64,000 nt of DNA from Scenedesmus sp. PABB004 (Eukaryota), in the NCBI GenBank assembly GCA_014905635.1, contig JABVCE010000007.1, positions 1,116,001 to 1,180,000 on the forward strand, read 5' to 3'. Position numbers and translations under genes: made by a program. Shown in pieces: positions 41,033 through 53,087 of this stretch. The notes under the pieces were generated by a model. It was not told the DNA's origin and ran no database searches. It saw only the letters and a program-made list of their open reading frames with translations. The first letter of the stretch is position 1; each line of letters starts with the position of its first letter.

Positions 41033-41898
41033 TCAGTAGCCCGTCGTGCGCACGCCGCGCAGCAGGTTGCGCGTCGGCGGCTTGTGTGGCGCGCGGAAGT
41101 CGTGCCGCGAGTTGGGGCCCCACGCCGCGTGCGCCTCGAGCAGCTCGCGCAGCTTCCCCACGCTGTGCTGCATGGGGTTGAGCTTGCGGTCCCGGAACAT
41201 CGCCTGCACATCGTCGCCGTGCGCCGCGACCAGCCGCTCCACGATCTGCCGCTGGTGGCTCGTGAGCCGCTTCGGCGGCGCCTTGCCGCTCTTGCGCTCC
41301 TGGTTGGTCAGCACGCGCAGCTCTGCGGAGCGGCGCGGCGGCGCGCCGCCTCAGCGCCGCCTCAGCGCCGCCGGCGCGCTGCACCCGCCGCTACGCTCGC
41401 AGCGCCTGCGCGGCGCGGCGCCGCGGCGCGCGCACGCCGCGCCGCCGCCGCCGCCGCCGCCGCCGCACCGTCGTCGTCCGAGTAGGTCCCGCCGTCCTCG
41501 GCCTCGCGCTCCGCCTTGCTCTTGAGCGGCGCGTCGCGCTTGTTGCGGCCGAAGCCCTCGTTGGGGTCGAGCAGGAATCGGTTGGCTGCGTAGTTCTTGC
41601 TCAGCGTCGCCTGCTCGCGCCACTCGACGCTGCGCGCGGCGGGCGGCCAGGCGCGGGCGCCAGGGCGTGGGCGCGGGCGCCAGGGGCGGGGGGGGGGGTG
41701 ACAGGGGGGCGGCGCGGCGCGGCGCGGCGCGCGGGGCGGCAGCAGCGGCGCTCACGCCGCCTGCAGCCGCGCCGGCACCGCCGGGCACTGCTCGGTGACC
41801 TCGAGCGGGACCTGGGCCTTGGTGGTCTTCTTGCGCTTCACCACGCCCACGCGGACCTTGGGCGCGTTGCGCTTGAGCCGGCGCCGGCTGCCGCCCAT
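41033..41898 (-). CDS. NOP16: Ribosome biogenesis protein Nop16-like
   Basis: Basic N-terminus MGGSRRRLKR, WREQATLSKNY...LLDPN and LVAAHGDDVQAMFRDRKLNPMQHSVGKLR, the Nop16 C-terminal signature. Confidence 0.85.
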
Positions 41899-42490
41899 GG
41901 CCGCCGCCGCTGCTGTGCCGCGCCGCCGCGCCGCCGCGCCGCCGGGCGCCTAGCCGCTGCCGCGGGCGCGCTGGGGTCGCGGTCGCCGGGAGCGCCGGTC
42001 ACAGGCGCCCGGCGCGGCTCGGGGGCGCGCGGGCGAGGTTGTGCTCCGAGCGTCGGCGGGCGGGCGCGCTGGGCGCGGCTGCGCGGCGCGTGCGGGCTGC
42101 GGGTGCGTGGCCTGACTGGTGCGGCGTGGTCAGCGCGCGCGCTGCAGGCGGGCGAGGAGCAGCAGGCTGTGTCGCGGCAGCTGCGAGACGAGCGGCGGGC
42201 TGCACGCCGCTGGACCGCCGCCCTGGGCCCCGGCGCGTCACGAACGTGAGAGAGAGCGCCCATCAGCAAGACTTACTCACACACAGCCGGTGCACCCCTC
42301 CAAGTGCTTGCCCCCGCGCCAAGTCCAGCGCGCATGCGTTGGCCGAGCCCGGCCGGGCGGCGCGTGCGGGCGGCGTCGCAGCCGCCCGCACTCCCGCGCC
42401 TCGCGCAGCGCGCACGGGTGGCACGTGCCACCAAAACGCCACCGGCGCGCGCACCGCGCGCGCGCGCGCACGCCCCGCTCGCCGCCGCGC

Positions 42491-44107
42491 TCACAGGAGC
42501 GCCGCGAGCGCCGCGCCGAGCAGCGCCGCCACCGCGGCGCCGCCGGCGCCGGCGGCGCGCGCCCCCGCGCCGCTCTTGGCGGCCGCGGTCGCCTGTGCGG
42601 GCTGGCTGCGGCCCAGGTCCATGATCTGGCCGGTCAGCAGCTTGTACGCGCCCACGCAGTTGCTGCCCTGGCCGCCGAGCTGCACAAACATGGTGTCGTT
42701 GCCGCGCGTCTGCATTGTGGCGACGCCCTTGAAGTTGGGGATGACCTGCGGGGCGGACCAGGCGAGGGGGGGGGGGGGGGGGGCAGTGGGCTCGCGCGGC
42801 GCGACCAGCCGCAGCCTGCCGTGCGCGGGGGCCCGACCGAGGCCGCCCGCCGCGCCGCGCCGCGCCGCGCCGCGCCGCGCGCGCGCGCGCCCGCCCGCTG
42901 CTCCACGGCCCGCGCGCCGCACCATGAGCGCCGTGCCGGCGCCCGTGACGACGCCCTGGATGGGCTTGCTGCACGCCGCGTTGACCGCGCCCGGCGGCAG
43001 CGGCTGCAGCAGGTGGCGGCCCGCCACGCCGGTCATGCCGTTGCCCATGAGCGCCGCGCTCGGCGCGCCCATGCCCGCGCCGGCGGCCATCATGCCCGCG
43101 CCCGTGCCGGCCGTGCCGGCGCCGCCGAGGCCCATGCCCGCGCCCGCGCCGCCGAAGCCCGCGCCCGCGGCCGGGCCGCCGAAGCCCGCGCCCGCGGCCG
43201 GGCCGCCGAAGCCCGCGCCCGCGCCCGCGCCGCCGTAGCCCGCGCCCGCGCCCGCGCCGCCGTAGCCCGCGCCCGCGCCCGCGCCGCCAAAGGCGCCCGC
43301 GCCCGTGGCGTCGCCCGCCGGCATGGGCCCGGCCGCCGCCATGCTGCCGCCCGCGCCGGCCGTGGGGTCGGCCGCCAGGCCGGGGACGCCGCCCAGGCCC
43401 GGCACGCCCGCGGGCGCCGCGCCAGGCATCGCGGCGCCAGCGCCGGCGCCCGCGCCGCCGCCCGCCGCGTCGGCGGCGGCGAGCTGCGCCGACGCGGCGG
43501 CCATGGCGGCGGCCTGCGCCTGCGCGGCGGCCTGCGCGGCCGAGACGGCCGCCTGCGCGGAGGCCTGGTCCTGCGCCGCGCCGTTGAGCGAGTTCATCAG
43601 CCCGTTCAGCGTCATGTACTGCGCGCAGTCGTAGAGCCACGTGCTGCCCTGGCACGCCTCGGGGCCGGGCCACTGCACCATCTGGAAGATCGCGGCTGCG
43701 CGCGCGGCGGGCGGCGCGGGTGAGTGCGGCGCGCGAGAGCCACGCGCCGCGGCCGGGCGCGCGCCCGAAGCGTCACCGGCCGCGCCGCCGCGCGCGGCGC
43801 GGCTGACGCGCGCCGCAGGCCCCGCCGCGGCGCGCCGCCGCTCACAGCCGTCGGTGACCACGCCCGCGGGCGGCGGCGTGGTGCACTTGCAGTCGCTGCT
43901 CGGCTTGTTGAACGTGCCGCCGCTGTTGCAGAGGAACAGGAAGCTCTGCGGGGCCGCGCACCGCGACGTGCAGTCCCGGAGGTTGCTGTTGCACAGGTCG
44001 GAGCCGTCGTTCTCAATGATCAGGCCCGCCAGCGCGCCGGGGGCCAGGGCCAGCACCGCCAGGCATGCAAGGCTCGCCCACGCGCTGGGCGCGCCCCTCC
44101 TCGCCAT
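42491..44107 (-). CDS. Secreted, probably GPI-anchored protein with a Cys-rich N-terminal domain and Gly/Ala silk-like repeats
   Basis: Signal peptide MARRGAPSAWASLACLAVLALAPGALA, a Cys-rich segment, GAGAGAGYG repeats, GRHLLQ, and a hydrophobic C-terminus AAVAALLGAALAALL*. Two introns. Confidence 0.75.
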   Translation of the reverse strand: MARRGAPSAWASLACLAVLALAPGALAGLIIENDGSDLCNSNLRDCTSRCAAPQSFLFLCNSGGTFNKPSSDCKCTTPPPAGVVTDGCERRRAAAGPAARVSRAARGGAAGDASGARPAAARGSRAPHSPAPPAARAAAIFQMVQWPGPEACQGSTWLYDCAQYMTLNGLMNSLNGAAQDQASAQAAVSAAQAAAQAQAAAMAAASAQLAAADAAGGGAGAGAGAAMPGAAPAGVPGLGGVPGLAADPTAGAGGSMAAAGPMPAGDATGAGAFGGAGAGAGYGGAGAGAGYGGAGAGAGFGGPAAGAGFGGPAAGAGFGGAGAGMGLGGAGTAGTGAGMMAAGAGMGAPSAALMGNGMTGVAGRHLLQPLPPGAVNAACSKPIQGVVTGAGTALMVRRAGRGAAGGRARARRGAARRGAAGGLGRAPAHGRLRLVAPREPTAPPPPPLAWSAPQVIPNFKGVATMQTRGNDTMFVQLGGQGSNCVGAYKLLTGQIMDLGRSQPAQATAAAKSGAGARAAGAGGAAVAALLGAALAALL

Positions 44108-44949
44108 GGCGCGCGCTCCACCACCTGCGGCGCGGCGCAGGGGCGTGCTCAGGCCAGCCGGCTGCGCGCGCCGGCCCCGCACCGCGCGGGACCGCGCTCC
44201 AAGCCGCGCGGCAACTGTCTGGGCGCCGCGCCGCACGCGCGCGCAGCCCAGGCGCCGCGCCCAGCGGCCGCCCACGATCCCGCCCAGCACAACGCGGCCA
44301 GCGTGGCAGCCCCGCGCTGCGTCGGAGGAGCACTCACCGAGCGCGAGCGCTGCTGCCGCTGGCGGGCGCTGCCCTGGAGCGCGCGAGCTGCGGCGTTTCT
44401 GCCACGTGTCGGCGTGGGCGTCGTCGGAGCGTGCAATTGGGCGTCGGGCGGAGCCAGGCGAGCCGCGGGCGCGCGGTGCCAACCGACTGCTCGCTGCTCC
44501 CGCCCGCCCCCCTCCCGGCCGGGCCGCCCAGCGCGCCGATGCGCATGGCGTCCGTAGCCGTCGTAGCTTAGCGTGCTCGCAGGGATGCGGAGGAGCGCGC
44601 CGCCGCCGCCGCGCGGCGCCGCCAACCGCCGCGCGCGCTGCGCCGAGCGGGCGCCGCGCGCGGCTGCCGCCGCCGCCGGCGCGTGTGCAGGCGGGCCGGC
44701 GGGAGCGCAACGCCTGGTGGTTGAGGCTGCGCCAAGCAGCAGCTCGCGGCAACGGCGTTGCTGCAACGGCGCGATATTTGGCGCTCTGAACCGCGCCGCC
44801 GCCGCGCTCGATCGTCGCCGCGCACCTTCCCCGTCCTCAGGAGCTGCCCCGCACTCGGCGTCCCCGCTGCCCACCGCCACTCCCGGCCGCTCCACGCACC
44901 CCGGAGGCCGTCCAGCCCCTCGAGCACCGAGAGAGCAGCAGCAGCAGGC

Positions 44950-45720
44950 ATGAGCCGGCCAATGAGCAAAGCAGACGAGGTGCGGGGCTGCTGGGCGCGT
45001 GGTTCCGGGGTGCGGGGCCGCCCCCGCGCGCGGCGGGCGGGGCAGGGCCGCTGGGCCATCGCGCCAGCCCAGGCGCCGCTGCGTGCGCGGGCGGGCGCCG
45101 TGCGGTGGCGGTGGCGCCGCTTCAGGCGCAGGAGCCGCCGACAGGCGCTGCGGAGGGCGAGCGGGCGCCCGGCGCGCCCGGGTCGCGCGCAACAGGCGCC
45201 GCTGCTGCTGCCGCTGCCGCGCCCGCCGCGCCCACCACCCGCCGCCGCCGCCGCCGCCGCGCAGGCCACCTCCTGGCGCCGGCCCGCGGGGGCCCCGCCG
45301 GGCGAGCAGCACGCCGGCGGCGGCGGCAGCAAGGGCGGCAGCTTCGGCGGGCACCCCGGCGGCGCGCACCACCGCGCCGCGTCGGCGGGCGGCGCGCACG
45401 CGCACCTGGCGCAGCAGCAGCAGCAGCAGCTGCGCAACCAGCAGGTCGGCGCCAACATGCTGCAGGCGCTGCAGCGGCCGGGCGGCGGCGGCGGCGGCGC
45501 GCAGCAGGCGCCGGCCGAGTTCAACGCGGTCGAGGCGCAGGCGCTGCTGGAGCAGCGCTGGGCGGCGCTGCGCCAGGCGGGGCACGAGCCCACGTGCCAG
45601 TGCGCCAGGGCCGCCGACGGCGGCGGCGGCGGCGCCGGTGGCGGCGGCGCTGCCTTCCTCGCCGCGCTGCGGTCGGCCGCCGACAGCCGCAGCGCCGACG
45701 GCGCGTGGGACGACCCGTGA
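44950..45720 (+). CDS. Small unknown Gly/Gln-rich protein
   Basis: MSRPMSKADE joins through a GT-AG intron to ATSWRRP...EFNAVEAQALLEQRW..., with coding-like codon usage. Confidence 0.55.
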   Translation: MSRPMSKADEVRGCWARGSGVRGRPRARRAGQGRWAIAPAQAPLRARAGAVRWRWRRFRRRSRRQALRRASGRPARPGRAQQAPLLLPLPRPPRPPPAAAAAAAQATSWRRPAGAPPGEQHAGGGGSKGGSFGGHPGGAHHRAASAGGAHAHLAQQQQQQLRNQQVGANMLQALQRPGGGGGGAQQAPAEFNAVEAQALLEQRWAALRQAGHEPTCQCARAADGGGGGAGGGGAAFLAALRSAADSRSADGAWDDP

Positions 45721-46113
45721 GGCCCGGGCCCACGCCCGTGAGGCGTGGAGGAGGGGGAGGGGGCCACGGATCGGCCCGGGGTAAATTCGTGCTCGACGCG
45801 ACACCGCGCGCGCCGCGGTCCGTGCGCCCCGGCGGCGCGCGTTAGGTGACGCGGCCGCCGCCGTGCTGGTCAGGCTGCACCCCAGCATTCCTCTTGACAC
45901 TGTGCGCCCGCCGCTTGGTCGCGCCCCTGAGGCCGCTGCCGCACACGCGCTGCCGCCGTCCCGGCGAGGATCCACCCGCGCCGCCGGCGAGCAGCAGCAG
46001 CAGCCGCCACCGCCGCGCCGCTCGCCCCGCGTCGAGGCCAGCGCCACCTTGGCGTGCGCGCGCCCTCCCGCGCCTCAGCCCCAGCGCGCCGGCAGCAGCA
46101 GCAGCGCGTCGCG

Positions 46114-47295
46114 ATGCGGGCCGGCCGCGCCCTGGGCGCCGCGCTGCGAGCGGCGCGCGGCCTGGGCTGCAGCGCCACTGGCCCCTGGTCCTCGGGCGCG
46201 CCGCAACAGCTGGCGGCCGCGGCCGGCTGGCCGGCGGCGGCGGGCGGCAGCGGCGGCGTGCAGCGGCTGCTGCTGCCGCCGCCCGCCGGCGCGCGCGGGC
46301 TGGCGGCGCGCACGCACAAGCTGTCGCTGAAGCGCGCCAACAACGCCGCCAGCTGGGAGGCGGTGCGGCCGTTCCTGGAGCAGCAGCCGGCGCGCGGCGG
46401 CGACGCCGCGCCGCCGCCGCCGCCCATCCGCAGCGCGCTGCCGGAGCTGCCGTCGCAGCCGGGGCCGCCCGCCGCGCGCCTGATCGGCCGCATCACGGGC
46501 CCCTACGCCGTGGCGCGGCAGGCCGCGTTTGCGGTCGTGGAGAGCGGCGGCGCGCAGTGGAAGGTCACGCCGGACGACCTGCTCTATCACAACAAGATCC
46601 CCGGCGTGCAGGCGCGGCCGCTCGGCCCCGACCGCCGCAGCAGCCGCCGCCGCCGCCGCAGCCGACGCCGCCGCCGCTGCCGCTGCCTCTGACGCCGCCG
46701 CCGCCGCTGCCGCCGGGTGGCCGCAGGTCAACGACGTGCTCGAGCTCGGCCGCGTGCTGCTGCTCGGCACCGCGGCCGCCACGACCGTCGGCCGGCCGCT
46801 CGTCCCGGGCGCGGCGGTCGTGGTGGTGGTCGAGGAGACGCTGAAGGATGCCAAGGCGCGCCGCGGGAGGGGGGCGGCCAGCACGGGGCCGCTGCGCTGC
46901 AGCGCGGCGGACGCGGGCCGCGCGCCGCGCCGCGCTGCGCCACACCGACTGACCGCCGCCGCCGGCACCGCCGCCGCCGCCGCCGCCGCCGTCGCCGGCG
47001 CTGCTTGGCGCAGGTGCACGTGTTCAAGAAGAAGAAGCGCAAGGGCCACCAGCGCCTGCACGGCCACCGCAGCCACATCACGCTGCTGCGCGTGCTCGAG
47101 CTGCGCGCGCCGCCGGGCGTGGGGCTGCCGCCGCCCGAGCGCGGCGCGCGCGCGGCGGCACCGCTCGAGGGCGCGGGCGGCGCCGCGCCGCCGGCGCTGG
47201 GCGGCGTGCTCGCGCTGGCGCGTGGTGGCGGCGGCGGCAGCGGCGGCGGCGGCAGCAGCGGCGGCGCGGCGCCGGGCAGCGAACCGCAGAGCTGA
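46114..47295 (+). CDS. Organellar (likely mitochondrial) ribosomal protein bL21
   Basis: FAVVESGGAQWKVTPDD, VLLLGT...VGRPLV and KVHVFKKKKRKGHQRLHGHRSHITLLRV. Both introns (46612-46726 and 46856-47013) are GC-AG. Confidence 0.92.
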
Positions 47296-47726
47296 GGTGC
47301 TGGGCTGGGCGCATGGCGCGTGCGGCGACTCTCCGGTTGCAACCTCCAGGCCCAGCGCCGCGCCCCCCGTGCCCCACCCAACGGATGCAGTCAGGCGTCG
47401 CAGAGGGGGCAGGCGGCCCGCCTGCGCATGCGCCTGCCCGCCCCTCAACAATTTGATCGACCCGAACCGCGACGCCCGCGCGGCGCGGGCCTCGTGTCGG
47501 TCGGGCGCAGCAATCGAGTTGGCCGCCCGCCCTCCGTCGGCGCGCGCGCCCAGCACGCCCAGCACGCTCAGCCCAAAGCGCCGTCATGGCGTGCCGCCCG
47601 CCGGCAGCCAGCCGCCGCCTCTTGCGCCGCCGCCGCTGCCTCCCCCCCCCCCGCTCCGCCCGCTCCGCCCGCCCGCCGCCCGCCGCGCCCGCCCGCCGCC
47701 CGCCCGCCGCCCCGACGCCGCGCGGC

Positions 47727-49220
47727 TCACGCGGCCTTGACGCGCGGCGCGCGCGACACCGCGGCCGCGCTGCTGCCGTTGGCGCCCGCCTCCTCGCCCG
47801 CGCCCTCGTGCCCGAGCGCGATGCGCACGATCTTGGCAAACCAGAAGAGCTGCAGCGCATAGATGAAGAGAAGGAGGCCGTTGGTGGTCGCGTAGCTCGC
47901 GAGCGGCATGGCCCGCCCGTCGAGCAGGCCCGGCCGGATGAGCGCGAGCGGCGGCAGCAGCACGCGGCACACGAAGAACGACGCCGCGAACGCCTTGAAC
48001 GCGGCCTGCTTCGCGCCCTCGAGCCGCGGCAGCACGGGGACCACGTAGTTGAGCGCCTTGGCGCCGTGCAGCAGCATGTTGCTCGTGTCGAGCAGCGCCG
48101 TCGCCATGAGGCCGTAGCGGCCGAGGCTGTAGAAGTAGCCGTACAGCTGCGGGGGCGGGTGTGTGTGTGGGTGTGTGTGAGGGGCAGGGGAGGGGAGGCG
48201 GAGACGGGGAGAGTGAGAGGAGGGAGGGGAGAGGGGGAGGGAGGGAGGCGGGGTGGGGCCGAGGCGCGCGCGCGCATTGGCGGGCGCGGCGCGGCGCGGC
48301 GCGCGCGCTTGGCGGCGCGGCGCACCATCATCCACATGGTGATGAGGTGGTGCACCACCATGTCGGTGCTGCGGCGGTGCAGAGGGCAGCGTGCTCAGCG
48401 CCCCGGCCGCCGCGCGCCGCCGCGCGCGCCGCGGCCGGGCAACCCACCCGGCCGCCCCCGCGCGCCGCGCCGCGCCGCGCCGCGCCGCGCCGCGCCGCGC
48501 CGCGCCGCGCTGCGCCGTGCGCGCTGCGCGGCGCGCCGCACCTGAGCACGCAGCCGACGCGCAGCGCTGTGCCGATCATCTCATAGAGGTAGAATCCAAA
48601 CACGGTGAGCCACACGAGCTTGAACTCGCGCGTGACGGGCAGGTCCGGCCAGCCCACGAGGCAGGGCTTGGTGTTGAACGGCGTGCAGCCGTGGTTGGCA
48701 AACGCGGTCGCGTGCCAGAGCCAGCCCGTCTGCGCGGAGCGGCGGGCGGCGGCGGTCGGGCGCTGCTGCCAGGCGCTGCCGGCCGCTGCCGCCGATGGCG
48801 GCAGGCGTGCCTCGCGCCGCGCGCGGCGCCGCCAGCGGCGCCACCGGCCCCGCGCCGGCTTGCACGCCTCGCTGCGCGCCCCGCGCCGCGCCCCGCTGCA
48901 CGCGTCGCCCTGCCGCCGCCGCGCGCCGCGCGGCGCGCCGCGCCCCGCCGCACCATGAGCAGCGAGCTCGCGGCGATGAAGGAGTTGTTGAAGACGTTGA
49001 ACGCCGCCTTGCGCGCCTTCTCCGCGCTGTCGTCGCCCTTGAGGCGGAGCTTGAACGCCGCGAAGAGCCGCGGCGCGATCAGGCGCTCGCTCACGACGCG
49101 CAGCGCGAGCACGCCGAGCGCTATGTACAGCGGGAGCAGCATGTCGATGGGCTCCCCCTCCAGGGGCGGCATGATGGCGCCCAGGGCGTCGCCCATGCGC
49201 TGCAGCGCGCGCAGGCCCAT
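47727..49220 (-). CDS. TLC-domain LAG1/ceramide synthase-like membrane protein
   Basis: GWPDLP, FYLYE, DMVVHHLIT, GYFYSLGRYG, LLDTSNMLLHGAKALNY, FFVCRV and LQLFWFAKIVR. Confidence 0.88.
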
Positions 49221-50364
49221 GGCGGCGCGGCGGCGGGGCTGTATCGGCAGCTGCTGCTGTTGCCCGCCCTCCACGCGGCCTGGCGCGGCGCGGCCCGGCG
49301 GGCGCGGGCGCGGAGTGAGGCGACGCGGCGCAGCGAGCGCCACGCGCGGCCTCGCGGCCGCGAGGGCACGCAGGGCCGAGGGCGCGCGGCGGGCTGCCCC
49401 GCAAACGCACGGGCCTCACCGCGCGGCGCGCAAGGGTCCGGCGCGCTCGGTTCTGACCTCCCGCGAGCTTGCACAGCGTGCTGGGCTGCACCCGCGGTTG
49501 AGGTGCGCTGAGACTGCACGGCACGGGCCGAGCTGGCGCGGGGAGTCCGGCGCTGCTCTCCGGGGGGGCTCCGGGGGGCCGCGCGGGCGCGGCGAGAGTG
49601 CCTTGGCGCGGGGAGGCGCTCGGCTCCAGGCCTGCGGCCCTACGCGTCGCTTGCGCCGCCGCGGTTGCGCCGCTGCCGCTGCGACGCGCGGCTGACGGCG
49701 GGCGGGGCGCGCGGCGCGGTGGAGCCCAGGTCGTAGCGCAGGCTTGCTTACCGACCTCCTGCCAGCTGCTCCACGCGCTCACTGTACAGCCGGCGCGCCG
49801 CCGGGCAGTGCAGAGTGCAGCCCCCAAGAGAGATGGGCGCGCCGCCCCAGCGCACGTCTCAGCGAACGCAGCCAACTCAGCCAACTCGGACCCAATCGCT
49901 CGCGCAGGGCGCGCGCCATTGATGTGAGTGCTTGCCCTAGGGCCCTGGGGCGCCCGGGCGCCTGTGTCGCGCGCACGCGCGCCAGGCCCAACGGCCCCCC
50001 TGCACGCGCGGCGGCGGACCGCCGCTTATGCACAGCATCGCGCAGCCAGCCAACATCAGCAACCCCGCTGTCTGTCAAGGCGCAGGCTTGCTTGTGCGTG
50101 GCACACGTGGCCGTCAGTCGGTCAGGGCCGCACGAGGCGGCCGTAGTTGGTGCACGCACTGCGTGCACCAACTAGTCAGCGTCGCGCGCGCTAGCCGCCC
50201 GCTGCATTGCGGCAGCGGGCGGCGGGCGGCGCGCCGCGGCTGCGCGCCGCGGCTGCGCGCTGCGCCCCGCGCGGCGGGAAAAAACGTCCCACATGCCCTC
50301 AGGAGCAACCCCGCCCCGCGGCGCGGCGGCCGCAAGGGCGCGAAACGGCCTGCCCGCGCGCCGC

Positions 50365-52395
50365 TCACGCGAGCACGCGCTGCAGCTTGGCCGGCGCGGA
50401 CCAGGTCGCACACAGCGGCGCCTCGGGCGTGACCAGGGCGAGGTCGCGCGGGCGCTTCTTGGAGCCGGCCTCGGCCGCGTCCTTCTGGCAGTGCTGGCAG
50501 CCGGCCGCCGCGCGGCCGCGCCACGCGTGCGGGAGCTCAAACGGGCTCGCCCGGGCCGCAGTGTCGCTGTCGCGCGCGCGGCTGGGCGCCGCGTCGCGGC
50601 AGGGCAGCGCCTCGACCGCGGCCAGCGCCGCGACCGCGGCGGCGCTGGGCGCCTCAGCCGGCGCCGGCGCCGCCGCCGCCGGCTGCTGCTTCTGCTGCTG
50701 CTGGCCGGCGCTCCGCCCAGCAGCAGCAGCAGAGCCAAAAGGGCGCGGCTTGAACCTGGCCGCCAGCGCCGCCTCGGCCGCGGCCTCGGCCGCGCGCCGC
50801 GCCTTCCACGCCTCGCTGCCCGCCGCGTCGCGCACCAGCTGGCGCATGAGCTCGATCGCCGCCGCGGTCACCGCCGCGGCGCCGCGCGGCGCCGGCGCCG
50901 CCGGGTCGCCGCCGGGCGCGCCGACGCGCGTGCCAGTGCTGCAGGCGCTGTCGCAGCTGTCGCTGCTGCTGCTGCTGCTCGGGCGGTGCGGGGCGGGCGC
51001 GACGTCGAGCAGCATGACGGTGATGTTGTCGGTGCTGCCGCGCGCGAGCGCGACCTTGGTCAGCAGCTTGGGCAGCACCGCCGCGACCTGCTGCCGCGTC
51101 ATGCCCGCGCCCGTGAGGCGCGCGGACGCCGACGACACCAGCTCCGCGGCGTCCTGCGCGGGCGGCGTGGGGGAGGCGGCCGGGTGAGCGGGCGGCTCGG
51201 GCTGCACGCGCCGCGCCGCGCCCCGCGCTGGGCGCTGCGGCGCAGCGGTGCGCGCACCTCGTTGCTGACGACGCCCCACAGGCCGTCGCTGGCGAGGAGC
51301 AGGAATTCGTCGCCCGCGCGGCGGCTGTAGTGCGCGATGTCGGGCTCCGCGATCACACCTGGAGGGCGGCGGCGGGCGCGGCACGCGACAAATCAGCTTC
51401 GCGCTCACACTTCCGGCGCCACGCGGGCGCCGCCGTTGGGCGCGGCCGCCGCGCCGCCGCGCCGCCGCCGTCGCCGCGCGCGGGCCGGGCCGCCGCGCGG
51501 CGCGCGCGCCGGCTCACCGAAGGGGCGCAGCGCGTGGTCGCCCAGCGCGCGGCTCATGGCGAGCGCGCCCATCACGCGGCAGCCGTTGTGGTACAGCACG
51601 CGCCCGCCCGCCGCCTCCACGCGCGCCTGCTCGTCCGCGCGGCTGGGCGTGTGGTCCTGCACGGGCTGCACCGCCCGCCCCGCGTGGCAGATGATGGCGC
51701 GGCTGTCGCCTGCGCGCGGGCGGCGGCGGCGGGCGAGAGTGAGTGGGGCGGCGCGGCGGAAGCGGCGGCGGATCCGGCGATGACCAAGGCGCGCCGCCGC
51801 CGGCGCGCGCGGGCCGTGCGCAGCGCGCGCCGGGCGGCTGTAAACGCCCCCGGGCGCCGCCGGGCGCCGCCGCGCGGCGGCGCGCGGGGCGGGCGGCCCA
51901 GCTGGCGCCGCCGGCGGGCGCCGCGTCACGGGCGCGCCTCCCGGGGCCGGCGGTGCGCCGCGGCGCCCGCGGCGGCGCTGGTGAGGTGCGTTGCTCACCG
52001 CAGCTGGCGATGTGGATGGTACTTGGCGTCACCAGGGCCAGCACCGCGGTGCTGCCCTGCAGCATGGCGCGCCTACTCGCCGCCAGCTCCCCGTCGATCG
52101 CGGCGAAGCCAGTCGCGCAGGCGGTCGCCACGGCCTCGGGAGTCAGCTCCCGGCCCGCCAGGGCGCCGGCGACGCGGCCGGCGAGCTGGCGCGCGGCTGT
52201 GCGGGCGGCCAGCGCGCCACCGTGGCCATCGAAGACGCCCCCCACGACCAGGCGCGTCGCGCCGCCCGCTGCGTCCACGCGCAGCGCGCCGTGGCAGAAC
52301 GCGTCCTCCTGGCGCGGGCGGCGGCCCTGCTCGGCCTCGACGGCCCAAGCTGGCGCGCCGCTGCTGCGCCCAGCGGTCGCCTCGTCGTCGGCCAT
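50365..52395 (-). CDS. Protein phosphatase 2C (PPM family); an alternative start exists at 52467
   Basis: QGRRPRQEDA, GVFDGHGG, GSTAV, ASCGDSRA, DHTPSRADEQARVEAAGG, LAMSRALGD, LLLASDGLW and RGSTDNITV. Confidence 0.94.
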
Positions 52396-53087
52396 GGGCG
52401 CGCAGGCGCTGCTGGAGGGCTGGGCTTGCGTTGGGGGAGTGCTGTGCGGCGCGGGAGCTGCGCCCATGGGCGCGGGCAGGTGCTGGGAAGGTGGGACCGG
52501 GACAGCGTGCGCGGCCGCGTTCTGAGCGGTGCTGAGCGGTGCACAGGGATCGCGGGTGAGCTCGCTTGTGGCGTCGCGGTGCGGGCGGGCGCGCCTTGAC
52601 CGGGCGCGGGGGAGTGACCGGTGCCAGGTTCTGGCGCGCCTCCGCGACTGGCCCAGCTAATGACCAATGACTTGACCGCCGCCCCCGGTTCGTGGCGCCG
52701 CCTGGGTTTGATGGCCCCGCCGCCCGCGGCGCTGCGGCGCGCTGCTGGGCGCGGCGCCTGGTGGCGTGAAGAGTGGCGCGGTCACGGGGCGCAATCGTGC
52801 CGCCCCGCACGCGCGGACCGCGCGCGCGCCACGCCCCCGCCGTCCCACGCGAGCGCGGTGCTCGTGCCGAGCCCTGCAGCGGCAGGTTGAGCAGGGCAGC
52901 TGCTCGGCGCCCCGCGCCCAACGGCGGCGCCGCCGCGGAAGCTGCGACCCCCGGCCGCCGCGCCGCCGCCGGACGGCCGCGCCTGCTCGATCAGCGCGCT
53001 CGGGCCGCCGCGGCAGGGCTGCGGTGGCGCGAGCGCGGGTGTACTGCCGCGCGCGCGCTGGTCTGCGCGGCGCGGCGGCCGGCGGCG

